NCBI GenBank assembly: GCA_001793945.1
Contig: MGIW01000006.1
Coordinates: 1,584 to 65,583, forward strand
DNA: 64,000 nucleotides
Source: Candidatus Wolfebacteria bacterium RIFOXYD12_FULL_48_21
Lineage (GTDB): Bacteria; Patescibacteriota; Minisyncoccia; UBA6257; UBA9933
Reading direction: 5' to 3'
A program made the translations under genes and the position numbers. Shown in pieces: positions 27,716-35,842 of the stretch. Position 1 is the stretch's first letter. Every line of letters starts with the position of its first letter. Under the pieces are notes generated by a model that made no database searches, was not told the DNA's origin, and saw only the letters and a program-made list of their open reading frames with translations.

Positions 27716-29227
27716 ATGAGATATTTTTTACAAACAATCTTTGCCGCTACTATTGTATTATTTTTTATTGCCAATGTTGGTACTGTTTTTGCCGCGGAGG
27801 GGGATTTGGTGTGGACGCAGGTCAATAACCCGAGTGCGATTTCTGATGCCGCGGGACCCATTGCCGTCGACGCGAGCGGCATTTATGTTGCGGGTTATGA
27901 TACAATCCCCGGCAATTACCAGTGGCGCATAGAAAAGCGCAGCCTTTCCGATGGTGCGGTTATATGGACCAAAACAAGTAACCCGAGTTCGGATACTGAT
28001 TATGCGACAGCCATTGCCATCGACGCGAGCGGCATTTATGTCGCTGGGTATGATTATGTTTCCGGCAGGTTCTTTCGATGGCGCATAGAAAAGCGCAGCC
28101 TTTCCGATGGCGCGGTCATATGGACCAAAACGAATGACCCGAGTGCGAGTCATGATATTGCTAACGCCATTACCATCGACGCGAGCGGTATTTATGTCGC
28201 CGGGTTTGATTCTATTCTCGCCAACTATCAATGGCGCATAGAAAAGCGCAGCCTTTCCGACGGCGCGATCATATGGACCAAAACGAACAACCCGAGTGCG
28301 GGCGGTGATTATGCGACAGCCATTACCGTCGACGCGAGCGGCATTTATGTCGCTGGGGTGGATGCTATTCCCGGAAACAATCAATGGCGCATAGAAAAGC
28401 GCAGCCTTTCCGACGGCGCGGTGATTTGGACCCAAACAAGCAATCCGAGTGCGCAACCTGAGGGTGTAGGCGCCATCACCGTCGACGCGAGCGGCATTTA
28501 TGTCGTCGGTGATGATTTTACTCCCGGTTTCGGCAATTCCCAATGGCGCATAGAAAAGCGCAGCCTTTCCGACGGCGCGGTGATTTGGACCCAAACAAGC
28601 AATCCGAGTGCGAGTTATGATGGCCCTGGATCCATTGCCATCAACGCGATCGGTATTTATGTCGCCGGGTTTGATTCTATTCTCGCCAACTATCAATGGC
28701 GCATAGAAAAGCACAGCCTTTCCGACGGTGCGGTCATATGGACTAAAACGAACAACCCGAGTGCGAGTTCTGATGTCCCGGGAGGCATTGCCGTTGATGC
28801 GATTGGTATTTATGTGGCGGGTAATGACCGTGCGTCCGTCAATGATCAATGGCGCATAGAAAAGCGTGAAAGAGCTTCCTTCATCTGCGCTGGTCCGTTT
28901 GCCGCATCTTGGACCGATTCGACCATTACCGCCAACAGCACCAAGATCCGCAAGGTGCACATCGACGAGTTGCGGAGCGCGATAAACACTCGTCGTATCG
29001 ACGCCGGGTTAACTAACTATTCTTGGACCGATCCGACGATCACAGCCAATTCCACCAAAATCCGTAAGGTGCACATTGATGACCTCCGCACGGCAATTTC
29101 GCAAGTCTATACGACCTGTGGGCAAGCGGCCCCGAGTTGGACCGATCCGACGATCACAGCCAACACCACCAAAATCCGCAAGGTGCATATTGATGAATTG
29201 CGGAGCGCGGTCAGTAATGCCCAATAA
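27716..29227 (+). CDS. secreted SBBP-type beta-propeller repeat protein with C-terminal triple 40-aa repeat
   Basis: signal peptide; 7-8 x ~50 aa blades WRIEKRSLSDGAVIWTKTNNPSA...IDASGIYVAGYD (SBBP-like DxSGnIYVTG); then 3 x SWTDPTITANSTKIRKVHIDELRSAI. Confidence 0.55.
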   Translation: MRYFLQTIFAATIVLFFIANVGTVFAAEGDLVWTQVNNPSAISDAAGPIAVDASGIYVAGYDTIPGNYQWRIEKRSLSDGAVIWTKTSNPSSDTDYATAIAIDASGIYVAGYDYVSGRFFRWRIEKRSLSDGAVIWTKTNDPSASHDIANAITIDASGIYVAGFDSILANYQWRIEKRSLSDGAIIWTKTNNPSAGGDYATAITVDASGIYVAGVDAIPGNNQWRIEKRSLSDGAVIWTQTSNPSAQPEGVGAITVDASGIYVVGDDFTPGFGNSQWRIEKRSLSDGAVIWTQTSNPSASYDGPGSIAINAIGIYVAGFDSILANYQWRIEKHSLSDGAVIWTKTNNPSASSDVPGGIAVDAIGIYVAGNDRASVNDQWRIEKRERASFICAGPFAASWTDSTITANSTKIRKVHIDELRSAINTRRIDAGLTNYSWTDPTITANSTKIRKVHIDDLRTAISQVYTTCGQAAPSWTDPTITANTTKIRKVHIDELRSAVSNAQ

Positions 29228-29245
29228 CCTTGATTTTTAAAGGGG

Positions 29246-29288
29246 ATTGCAAGAGCCGCCCGAATCGGGCTGCTCTTGCAATTTTAGG
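29246..29288 (+). terminator. rho-independent terminator (long hairpin ttgcaagagccgcccgaatcgggctgctcttgcaa + T)
   Basis: direct reading after stop 29227. Confidence 0.65.
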
Positions 29289-29344
29289 CCATTTTCAGTA
29301 GACTATCTGCACATTCCTTTAGTAAATAAGGAATTTATTAATTT

Positions 29345-30082
29345 ATGGATAACAAAATAACCACAGAAGCAGTCGAGGGGATGACCCAAGCCGACGAGAT
29401 CGATGTTGACATGACTCTTATCAAAGAGATGGCCGACAACGGTTTGTTGTATGGACACAAGAAACAGCGGACCCATCCGCGTTTCAAGCAGTTCATCTAC
29501 ACTACTAGGAATGGCGTGGAAATCATCGACTTGGCGAAAACGTCGAAAAAGATCGACGAAGCAGTAGCGTTTTTGAACGCGCAATTGCAGGAGAAGAAAA
29601 CCGTACTCGTGGTCGGGACTCAGGCGGCGAGCTGGGACGCGGTTGAAGCATTTGCGAAGAAATTCGGAATGCCGTATGTAAAGAACGGTTGGGTCGGAGG
29701 TTTGGTAACTAACTTTAAGGTGGTCGGACAGCGCTTGGATTATCTCCGCAAGGCGCTCGTGTCTATAGAGAAGGGCGAATTCGACAAATACACCAAAAAG
29801 GAGCGCGTGACTATCAACCGCAAGATCGACAAGATGAAGATCATGTTCGAAGGCTTGGACACATTGACCAAGGCCCCGGATGTCATGTTCGTCATCGATG
29901 GCTCGCTTAGGAACCATATTACCGCCATCAAGGAAGCGGCAACGCTGAAGATCCCGGTGGTCGCCATCATCGATAGCGATGACAATCCCGATCTGGTAAC
30001 CTATCCGATCCCGGCGAATGATCATGCTAAGTTGAGCATTACATGGCTTATGGATCACATCGGAAATCGTCTTAAAGCGTAA
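29345..30082 (+). CDS. rpsB: 30S ribosomal protein S2
   Basis: 245 aa, LLYGHKKQRTHPRFKQFIYTTRNGVEIIDLAKT matches S2 N-terminal region. Confidence 0.85.
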   Translation: MDNKITTEAVEGMTQADEIDVDMTLIKEMADNGLLYGHKKQRTHPRFKQFIYTTRNGVEIIDLAKTSKKIDEAVAFLNAQLQEKKTVLVVGTQAASWDAVEAFAKKFGMPYVKNGWVGGLVTNFKVVGQRLDYLRKALVSIEKGEFDKYTKKERVTINRKIDKMKIMFEGLDTLTKAPDVMFVIDGSLRNHITAIKEAATLKIPVVAIIDSDDNPDLVTYPIPANDHAKLSITWLMDHIGNRLKA

Positions 30083-30086
30083 TAGC

Positions 30087-30390
30087 ACTGTCATTCCCGT
30101 GAAAACGGGAATCCAGTTTTCTGTACTTTTTTCTAAGAAAAAAGTACCCGTCGGATTCGTGTAAGAATAATCGAATCCGACAGCCCGGCCCGCTGCACAC
30201 TCTCCGCCGGCCCTGCCTACCGGCAGGCAGGTGGCGGATCGTTAGCAACGCCAAGGGTAAAAAGTCGCGAGCGAATAAAAAATGCCGGAGTACCCTATGC
30301 TGTCATCCCGGGCTTGACCCGGGATCTCGATGATTATTGACGAGATTCTGGCTTCCGCTAGTCTGCGGACAGGCGTGGGCCGGAATGACA
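30087..30390. repeat. Cluster of palindromic elements between rpsB and tsf (gtcattcccgtgaaaacgggaatccag; ccgccggccctgcctaccggcaggcaggtggcgga; gtcatcccgggcttgacccgggat; ...ggccggaatgacat) plus two perfect hairpins 30124-30182
   Basis: direct reading. Confidence 0.8.
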
Positions 30391-30471
30391 TGAATTAGAT
30401 GTTGCCCCGCCATTTTCACAGGCTCGCACAGAGGGCTCAGGATAAAAAATAATTAAACCAATTTTATCACT

Positions 30472-30915
30472 ATGGCAATGGAAGATGTAGCAAAATTGCG
30501 GGAATTGACCGGAGCGGGTGTTGTGGAGTGCAAAAAGGCACTCGATGAGGCAGCGGGGGATTTCGACCGTGCAAAAGACATCATTTTTGAGCGCGGCATC
30601 GCCCGAGCCGAGAAAAAGAGCGATCGTGCGACTGGCGCAGGGCTGTTGGAGACCTATATTCACAATGGCCGCGTGTCCGTTATGCTTGAACTGCGTTGCG
30701 AGACCGATTTTGTGGCGCGCAATGAAAAGTTTCAAGCCTTGGCGCACGACATCGCTATGCATATCGCCGCGATGAATCCGGCGACCGTTGAGGAATTGTA
30801 CGCCCAGCAGTATGTAAAGGATCCCTCCATGACTGTTGAGGAGCTGATCAAAAATTTGATTGGAACCATCGGGGAGAATATGAAGGTGGAGAAGTTTGTG
30901 AGATTCGAGATCTGA
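30472..30915 (+). CDS. tsf: elongation factor Ts (short form)
   Basis: 147 aa, VAKLRELTGAGVVECKKALDEA UBA-like N-terminus, conserved TDFVARNE motif. Confidence 0.85.
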   Translation: MAMEDVAKLRELTGAGVVECKKALDEAAGDFDRAKDIIFERGIARAEKKSDRATGAGLLETYIHNGRVSVMLELRCETDFVARNEKFQALAHDIAMHIAAMNPATVEELYAQQYVKDPSMTVEELIKNLIGTIGENMKVEKFVRFEI

Positions 30916-30944
30916 GATAAGAGATTAGTGGTGAGAGGTAAGAT

Positions 30945-30982
30945 AAATCCCGAATGGCATGCCATTTGGGATTTGTTTTTTA
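30945..30982 (+). terminator. rho-independent terminator (aaatcccgaatggcatgccatttgggattt + T6)
   Basis: direct reading. Confidence 0.65.
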
Positions 30983-31011
30983 GGGGGTAATCGCCGTATA
31001 ATAAAGTAATT

Positions 31012-31467
31012 ATGTATCACTTTGTATTGCAAATTTTGATCATGATCTCGTTGGGTGTATTAGTCTATTTGGCTGCCCGCAAGATCCCGCAAATATCGGA
31101 CACGGTTGATGAAGATACCACCGGCCAGTCCAAGGGGGTTTGGTATCGAATAGAGCTCCTGCTTGGGCGGTTGCCGCTTGATCGGTTTGACCTTGCCGTG
31201 AGCCAATTTTTGGAAAAAAATGTCCGCAAGATGAAGCTGATACTTGCGCGGCTTGATAATTATCTGACCCATCATTTGGAGCAGTTTAAGAAGGTCAAAC
31301 AGCGCACACACCGCAAACAGCAAAAGAAATTTGCGCTGTTTGAGTCTGCGGAGACCGCGGAAGGGGAACCGGATCTGAAGGCGATCGCGGAGCTCGATGA
31401 GGCACAGACCCGCTCTACCGAGGCACCCGAGGCCATAAAAAAGGAGGAATCAGACCTTGCAAAATAA
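31012..31467 (+). CDS. hypothetical membrane protein
   Basis: 151 aa, one N-terminal TM helix, charged C-terminus; no recognisable family. Confidence 0.35.
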   Translation: MYHFVLQILIMISLGVLVYLAARKIPQISDTVDEDTTGQSKGVWYRIELLLGRLPLDRFDLAVSQFLEKNVRKMKLILARLDNYLTHHLEQFKKVKQRTHRKQQKKFALFESAETAEGEPDLKAIAELDEAQTRSTEAPEAIKKEESDLAK

Positions 31468-31494
31468 TTTCCAATAAGGCATTATTGGAAAACT

Positions 31495-31581
31495 GGGTGG
31501 GTAGTCCCGTAGGGGCCGGGAGCAGACTGTAAATCTGTCAGGCATGTACTCGCGTGAGTTCGACTCTCACCTCACCCACCA
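31495..31581 (+). tRNA. tRNA-Tyr (anticodon GTA), class II with long variable arm, CCA encoded
   Basis: acceptor GGGTGGG/CTCACCC, anticodon loop CTGTAAA, T-arm GTGAGTTCGACTCTCAC, 3' ACCA. Confidence 0.8.
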
Positions 31582-31612
31582 AAAAAATCCCGCGAGGGAT
31601 TTTTTTATTTTG
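31582..31612 (+). terminator. rho-independent terminator (atcccgcgagggat + T7)
   Basis: hairpin + T-run right after tRNA-Tyr. Confidence 0.6.
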
Positions 31613-31686
31613 TTTTAGTTGGTAGACATATATTTCCATTAAAACTTGCTTTGCTATCCCCGTGATTTATTGGTATACTATGAGTA

Positions 31687-32280
31687 ATGGATATCCAATT
31701 TACTCCTGACATATTAAAAAGACTTTATTTAGAAGAGAAAAAATCAACCTTTGATATTGCAGCGTTATTGCATTGCTCTGAAAATAAGATTAATTATTGG
31801 TTAAAGAAATTTGGTATTTCTAAACGCTCTATCAGTGAGGCAATCTATTTAAAAAAGAATCCTAACGGAGACCCTTTTGTTTTTCGTATGCCAAAAACTC
31901 GAGAAGAGGCTATTCTTTTTGGCATGGGTATCGGTTTATACTGGGGCGAGGGTACTAAAGCGAACGGAAATACTGTGCGATTGGGTAATTCAGATCCTAA
32001 ATTGATTCGAAAATTTATGGATTTTTTAGTCACATTTTTTGCTGTTGACGAGCGCGATTTTCGCTATCATTTGCATATTTTTACCGATATTGATATAAAG
32101 AAGGCATGTCAATTTTGGATGGATGAACTTGGTATTGAAGAAAATCAGTTCTATAAGCCAACCATAACGCGTACCGGTAAATTGGGAACCTATAGGCATA
32201 AAAGCGAATATGGGGTTTTGACAATTTACTACGGAAACATTAAACTGAGGAACAAATTAATAGAAATAGTGCCGATGTAG
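31687..32280 (+). CDS. hypothetical protein with N-terminal HTH-like region and a single LAGLIDADG-like motif (possible homing-endonuclease relative); stop overlaps first 10 nt of intron-containing tRNA
   Basis: 197 aa; EAILFGMGIGLYWGEGTKANG resembles LAGLIDADG block (GLxxGEG); weak. Confidence 0.3.
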   Translation: MDIQFTPDILKRLYLEEKKSTFDIAALLHCSENKINYWLKKFGISKRSISEAIYLKKNPNGDPFVFRMPKTREEAILFGMGIGLYWGEGTKANGNTVRLGNSDPKLIRKFMDFLVTFFAVDERDFRYHLHIFTDIDIKKACQFWMDELGIEENQFYKPTITRTGKLGTYRHKSEYGVLTIYYGNIKLRNKLIEIVPM

Positions 32281-32546
32281 CTCAGTTGGTAGAGCAGCTC
32301 CATGGTGGGTCGCAAACCCCCGCCCACTTCGATAGAGATGTCGAGGTGAATCCCGAATAACGGTTAAAGGCCAGTAATGGTTAAGACCGTGGCGCTCCGG
32401 CGCCCGAACGACTGACAAGGGGATCCTCATTGTTGTAAAAACGAAAGGTTCAAGATACAGTCTAGCCCGTCTATAATTCGCTTTGTGCGATGAAATGAAG
32501 GTGTAAGCGAAGGAGCAGGTCGAAGGTTCGAATCCTTTCATCGGCT
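32271..32546 (+). tRNA. tRNA-Thr (inferred anticodon GGT) interrupted by 203-nt group-I-like intron in anticodon loop (exons 32271-32306 and 32510-32546)
   Basis: 5' half GCCGATGTAGCTCAGTTGGTAGAGCAGCTCCATGGT; 3' half AAGGAGCAGGTCGAAGGTTCGAATCCTTTCATCGGCT; perfect 7-bp acceptor, anticodon stem GCTCC/GGAGC; 5' exon ends in U and intron ends in G. Confidence 0.7.
32307..32509 (+). ncRNA. putative group I intron (self-splicing) within tRNA-Thr
   Basis: 203 nt; contains S-element-like AAGATACAGTCT (cf. group I consensus AAGAUAUAGUC) preceded by GTTC, and R-like GACTGACAAGG; terminal G before 3' exon. Confidence 0.5.
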
Positions 32547-32564
32547 CATTTTTTGTGAAAAGTG

Positions 32565-32637
32565 GCCACCTTAGCTCAGCTGGTAGAGCAACGCATTTGT
32601 AATGCGTGGGTCCGCGGTTCGATCCCGCGAGGTGGCT
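32565..32637 (+). tRNA. tRNA-Thr (anticodon TGT)
   Basis: acceptor GCCACCT/AGGTGGC, anticodon stem-loop ACGCA-TTTGTAA-TGCGT, T-arm CGCGGTTCGATCCCGCG. Confidence 0.8.
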
Positions 32638-32681
32638 CAAAGGTTGCAAAACCGTAAAAATAGTGATATATAATAAAGACT

Positions 32682-32852
32682 ATGGCGAAATCAAAGCTTA
32701 AAGAACAACTGACCCGTTTGCGCTGTGCGACCTGTAAGCATGTTAATTATCATACCCGGAAGAACAAGAAGTCCGTTTCCCGGAAGATCGAACTGAACAA
32801 GTTCTGTGATTGGTGCCGTGTTCATACCACCCATAAGGAGGCACGCAGATAA
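32682..32852 (+). CDS. rpmG: 50S ribosomal protein L33
   Basis: 56 aa MAKSKLKEQLTRLRCATCKHVNYHTRKNKKSVSRKIELNKFCDWCRVHTTHKEARR with C4 zinc ribbon; below ORF-track length cutoff. Confidence 0.75.
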   Translation: MAKSKLKEQLTRLRCATCKHVNYHTRKNKKSVSRKIELNKFCDWCRVHTTHKEARR

Positions 32853-32994
32853 TTTAGAACTTTCACATTTGGCGAATTACTGCGTTGCGGGGCCCCGTTG
32901 GCTTGGGCACCGTACTATTAGTACGGCTTCTGCGCCAACTTCCCCGCGCCTTGTACTTCATCCAAATGTGCGCGTTCTAAGCGTTTATATTGCA

Positions 32995-33054
32995 TAAAAA
33001 ATGCGCCATAAGTATACTGAATATGCTTTTGGCGCATTTTTTATAATATATTCA
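32995..33054 (+). terminator. rho-independent terminator (aaaaaatgcgccat...ttggcgcattttttat)
   Basis: long hairpin with T-run after rpmG. Confidence 0.55.
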
Positions 33055-33061
33055 ATCAATC

Positions 33062-33123
33062 TGTCATTCCCGCGGAGGCGGGAATCCAGTATTATATAGA
33101 TTCCCGCCTCCGCGGGAATGACA
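33062..33123. repeat. palindromic element: gtcattcccgcggaggcgggaatccag...gattcccgcctccgcgggaatgacac (nested inverted copies)
   Basis: direct reading. Confidence 0.8.
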
Positions 33124-33160
33124 CGCAAGAAGATCGTCATAGTGCGATAAGCCCATAAAC

Positions 33161-33231
33161 GGGGGATTAGTTAAATGGTATAATTTCTCTCTCCAAAAGA
33201 GAAGTCGATGGTTCGATTCCTTCATCCCCCG
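33161..33231 (+). tRNA. tRNA-Trp (anticodon CCA)
   Basis: acceptor GGGGGAT/ATCCCCC, anticodon stem-loop TCTCT-CTCCAAA-AGAGA, T-loop GGTTCGATTCC. Confidence 0.75.
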
Positions 33232-33236
33232 CATTT

Positions 33237-33270
33237 AAGAAAATAGACCTTTTGAGGTCTATTTTCTTAA
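33237..33270 (+). terminator. rho-independent terminator (aagaaaatagaccttttgaggtctattttctt)
   Basis: hairpin after tRNA-Trp. Confidence 0.55.
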
Positions 33271-33278
33271 TGGCGTTT

Positions 33279-33378
33279 TTGTCATTCCTGCGAAAGCAGG
33301 AATCTACATCGCCGCAGATTCCTGCTTTCCTGCCCGCAGTTGCTACAGCGTTGCAGACGGGCGCAGGAATGAAAGTGC
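33279..33378. repeat. palindromic element (gtcattcctgcgaaagcaggaatc ... ctttcctgcccgcagttgctacagcgttgcagacgggcgcaggaatga)
   Basis: 45-bp module nearly identical to 3330-3380. Confidence 0.8.
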
Positions 33379-33446
33379 GCCTCACTTTTTGCTTACCGTT
33401 GTTAGTTATGGGTTGTTAGTTATAGGTTATTTAGTATACTAAAACC

Positions 33447-35462
33447 ATGAATCGAAAGAACTATACTCCGGAAGATTTTGCATGGGTGAACTGGACCCCC
33501 GAGATCATCAAGAAAAAAATACAGGAAGCGATCGAAGCAAAGAAGGCCCGCTACGCGACCATCAAGGCGATTACTCCCGAAGCGCGCACTTTTGAAAACA
33601 CGATCGTTGCCATTGAATCATCGAGCTATGACTATGATGATGCCACAGAGGCGATCGGCCTATTGACGCATGTTAGCTCTGTCAAAGAGGTGCGCAGTGC
33701 CGCGCAATCAGCCGTCGAAGAATTGCAAAAAGCGATGATCGATATCGAATACGATGAGGCAATGTATCGTGCCGTGCAGGAATATGCGGCAAAGAATGAA
33801 CAGCTCGAAGGCGCCGATGCGCAATTGTTCGCCGATACGATGCGTGCCTATAAACGCATGGGTTTTGCTCTCGACCCCGAGAAGCAAAAGCAGCTCAAGA
33901 ACAATCTTAAGGAGATAGCCGAGCTTGCGTCCGGATTTGAAAAGGCGATTGCGGACCATACGGATCGCATCCTTGTTCGTCGGGAAGAGCTTCGCGGATT
34001 GCCCGAGGCCTACATTAACGGGTTGAAGCGTGATGAGGAGGGGAATTATATCGTATCGTTGGCCTACCCCGATTACATTCCATTTTGCGAACGGTGTGAT
34101 TCCGCTCAGCGACGCAAGGAATTGATGGATAAGTTCAATCGCCGCGGTGGCGTGGTGAACATGGAGCGCCTGAAGCGCATTCTTGAGTTGCGTGGCGAAA
34201 ATGCAGTATTGCTTGGCTATCCGCACCATGCGGCATTCAAGCTGGAAGATCGTATGGCAAAAACGGTCGATACCGTAAATGCGTTTTACGATGATCTTCG
34301 CGCCGCGATCGGTAATCCGGCGAAGTTTGACCTGCAACTGCTTGCCGCCATGAAACAGAAAGATTTGGGTGATCCGTCTGCGCGCCTTGCGTATTATGAT
34401 ATCGGCTATTATATCCAGCAGGACAAAATGAACGGCTATGCCGTCGATGACGAAGCGGTACGGGAGTATTTTCCCTTGGAAATGGTCAAGGCGACCATGT
34501 TTGATCTTTACTCGACCGTGCTTGGACTTTCATTCTCTGTGGAACAATTTCCCACATGGCATGAGAGCGTGCAATGGTATCGGGTCAATAATACGGACGG
34601 TTCGTTGGTCGGGTATTTTGCGCTCGACCTGTTCCCGCGCGAAGGTAAATATGGTCATGCGATGATGCAACCGATCGTGCAGGGGCGCATGGTTTCGCGC
34701 AAGCCGCAATCGGCCTATGCTACGCCGACCTGCGCGGTGGTCGCGAATTTTAATCCTTCCGCTGGTGATACTCCTGCATTGTTGAGCCACGGAGAAGTGC
34801 AAACGCTGTTCCATGAATTTGGTCATGCCATACATACATTGGTTACCGTTGCGCCGTATGCATCCCAAGCGGGCACAAGCACGGCGCGCGATTTTGTGGA
34901 GGCACCATCGCAGATGTTTGAATATTGGGTATGGGAAAAAGATCTGCTTAAGAAGATGTCAAAGCATTACGCAACGGGCGAGCCGTTGTCCGATGATCTG
35001 ATCGATCGGATCATCCGCGCAAAGAACCATGCGCAAGGGTATTCCGTGTTGCGGCAGTTGTTTTTGGGCACATTTGACATGGCATTGCATACGACCGTTG
35101 AACCGGTTGATCCGGTACAGGTCTATGCCGATCTGTATAAAAAGACATTCGAGCTGGATTCGTCGGCCGACCAATTGTGGGCTGCGGGCTTTGGGCATTT
35201 AATGGGGTACGATGCAGGCTATTATGGGTACCTGTGGTCCGAGGTCTATGCGGCGGACATGTTCGCCCGTTTCCGTGCGGAAGGCGTGCTTGACCCGAAG
35301 GTCGGCATGGACTATCGAAAAAAGATATTGGAAGTCGGTTCGAGCCGCGATGAGATGGAATCGGTCAAAGATTTTCTTGGTCGGACTCCGAATAACAAAG
35401 CATTCCTGCAAGACATGGGTCTTGCTACTCGCGACGAGCACGGAGAAGCGGCGGGGGAATGA
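33447..35462 (+). CDS. M3-family zinc metallo-oligopeptidase (oligoendopeptidase/thimet-like)
   Basis: 671 aa, HEFGH zinc motif (LFHEFGHAIHTL) plus downstream E ligand region. Confidence 0.85.
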   Translation: MNRKNYTPEDFAWVNWTPEIIKKKIQEAIEAKKARYATIKAITPEARTFENTIVAIESSSYDYDDATEAIGLLTHVSSVKEVRSAAQSAVEELQKAMIDIEYDEAMYRAVQEYAAKNEQLEGADAQLFADTMRAYKRMGFALDPEKQKQLKNNLKEIAELASGFEKAIADHTDRILVRREELRGLPEAYINGLKRDEEGNYIVSLAYPDYIPFCERCDSAQRRKELMDKFNRRGGVVNMERLKRILELRGENAVLLGYPHHAAFKLEDRMAKTVDTVNAFYDDLRAAIGNPAKFDLQLLAAMKQKDLGDPSARLAYYDIGYYIQQDKMNGYAVDDEAVREYFPLEMVKATMFDLYSTVLGLSFSVEQFPTWHESVQWYRVNNTDGSLVGYFALDLFPREGKYGHAMMQPIVQGRMVSRKPQSAYATPTCAVVANFNPSAGDTPALLSHGEVQTLFHEFGHAIHTLVTVAPYASQAGTSTARDFVEAPSQMFEYWVWEKDLLKKMSKHYATGEPLSDDLIDRIIRAKNHAQGYSVLRQLFLGTFDMALHTTVEPVDPVQVYADLYKKTFELDSSADQLWAAGFGHLMGYDAGYYGYLWSEVYAADMFARFRAEGVLDPKVGMDYRKKILEVGSSRDEMESVKDFLGRTPNNKAFLQDMGLATRDEHGEAAGE

Positions 35463-35473
35463 GTATATGTAAA

Positions 35474-35503
35474 GAAAACCTGCGCATTGCGCAGGTTTTT
35501 TTA
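35474..35503 (+). terminator. rho-independent terminator (aacctgcgcattgcgcaggtt + T7)
   Basis: direct reading. Confidence 0.65.
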
Positions 35504-35640
35504 GGCAGATGGCGGCCATGTTGTCGGCTACTTCTTCTTGCCGGCGGAGGAGCCGCCGATGCCGTGTTTTACCACATGGTCGTGGTCTCTCTTGTCACCT
35601 TGAATTACGAAACTCTCTTGTTTTGGCATAAGCCAGACCA

Positions 35641-35742
35641 TTGTCATTCCGAGCGTATCCGCCAGTAGGCGGAGCAGTCGAGGAATCTGCAGCGTTTTTA
35701 CTACAGATCCCTCGGCTCCGTTTCACTACACTCGGGATGACA
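35641..35742. repeat. palindromic element (ttgtcattccgagcgtatccgccagtaggcggagcagtcgaggaatctgcag...ctcgggatgacat)
   Basis: direct reading. Confidence 0.75.
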
Positions 35743-35842
35743 TGCCAAGTGTAGTAATCGAGAGTCGTCAGGTTGTCGTGGTGTAGGATGCTAGTACATT
35801 GCCTTGACCTTTTGTACTATAATAGCTATACAGACCATACAT

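Noticed and set aside
33062-33123. Resemblance of gtcattcccgcggaggcgggaatccag to Neisseria dRS3/Correia-type repeats (ATTCCCNNNNNNNNGGGAAT)
   Set aside because: The similarity is limited to a short palindrome. The gene content (short EF-Ts, ligase/TPR fusion, intron-containing tRNA, fused pyrEF) does not fit Neisseria. Treated as convergent palindrome architecture, not homology.
33167-33385. 72-aa minus-strand ORF
   Set aside because: It overlaps tRNA-Trp and a palindromic repeat and is not a plausible gene.
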